A stretch of 64,000 nt of DNA, taken from positions 108,440,001 through 108,504,000 of the forward strand of contig CM052817.1 in NCBI GenBank assembly GCA_028534125.1. Direction: 5' to 3'. The notes beneath the pieces were generated by a model that saw nothing but the letters and a program-made list of their open reading frames with translations, had not been told where the DNA came from and did no database searches. Positions within the stretch are counted from its first letter, which is position 1. Each line of letters begins with the position of its first letter. Shown here piece by piece: positions 63,270 to 64,000 of this stretch. The position numbers and the translations under genes were made by a program. This DNA comes from Lama glama (lineage: Eukaryota).

Positions 63270-64000
63270 TTACTAAAATGAGATCTCACATAATGTGTTA
63301 TTTTTAAACCTGCCTCTTCTCACTCTTCCAAATATCGTCATTGTCTTTCACTGTAAGTACTTGCTTGTGTCGTCAGTGATTCTTAAACTCTTCTGGGTTG
63401 TAACATACTTGATATTCTAAAGAAGTCTGTGCAACATCTCTCTGTGCCCCATAAATATGCATATAGAGGAAAATATTGTATAAAGTTTAGGGGTCTCGGG
63501 GCTGTGGATCTCAGATAAGAAGCCTTGATCACATCACCATTCTGACCAACAGCTTTTTGTTTAACCAGTGCCATAGTGTTGGACTTAAAGATTAATTTTA
63601 ATTTCACTCTCATAAAACTACTGTACAGTGAACACCTTGATGTATACATACGTCTTTAAATATTTTCTTATTTATTTCATTAGAATGACTTCCTAGAAAG
63701 TTGAATTATTGGGTCAGATTTTCACTTTTTTCAGTATGTTTGGTATATATTACCATGTTGCCTTTTAAAAAACTTAAAAATGTCCTTTCAAAGAAACATA
63801 TAAAAGTACCACTTTCCTTTATTTGGGATAATTCCTCTAGTCTTTGCCAAGCTGATGTGCAAGTGTAATATATTAGTCTTTTAATTAGTAAACATGGTAT
63901 ATTAAAATTAAGTGTGTTACTAAAGTTGAGACAAACTGCCAGGTCCTCATTTTCTGACTCTTTCATTTCTTAATTATTAAAGAACTTTATCTAAAGTGAC
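63270..64000 (-). mobile_element. Ancient L1 (L1ME-like) fragments, degraded
   Basis: ttcctagaaagttgaattattgggtcaga, tctttgccaagctgat and ttcatttcttaattatta are motifs typical of old antisense L1. Confidence 0.5.

Larger units (their letters stand above)
26796..64000 (+). other. PDGFC: PDGFC intron 1 (partial, runs off the window)
   Basis: Begins at the GT donor. No sequence encoding the expected exon 2 (VQDP.HER..., start of the CUB domain) was seen downstream. Intron 1 is very long in human. Confidence 0.85.

Noticed and set aside
26796..64000. PDGFC exon 2 or alternative cassette exons in intron 1
   Set aside because: No CUB-domain coding sequence was seen. Candidate acceptors such as the one near 45510-45525 cannot be supported without transcript data.

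Overview
This is mammalian genomic DNA, most likely from a camelid: it carries tRNA-Ala-derived Vic-1-like SINEs and cetartiodactyl-type L1 3' ends. The window covers the 5' end of PDGFC on the + strand. It holds about 25 kb of repeat-rich upstream sequence, a CpG-island promoter (~25.5-27.0 kb), exon 1 (CDS 26678-26795, signal peptide, GT donor at 26796) and about 37 kb of intron 1. Exon 2 was not found. The rest is mostly interspersed repeats: many 5'-truncated L1s, SINEs, ERV1/MaLR solo LTRs, MIR/L2 and DNA transposons. I found no wholly new biological system. The best leads are a 27-codon uORF in the PDGFC 5' UTR that appears conserved, a MER41-like LTR with an intact STAT/GAS motif upstream of the promoter, strong AT-to-GC substitution bias, and loss of the N25 glycosylation sequon. 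Comparisons with human and mouse sequences and all repeat family names are from memory and need database confirmation.
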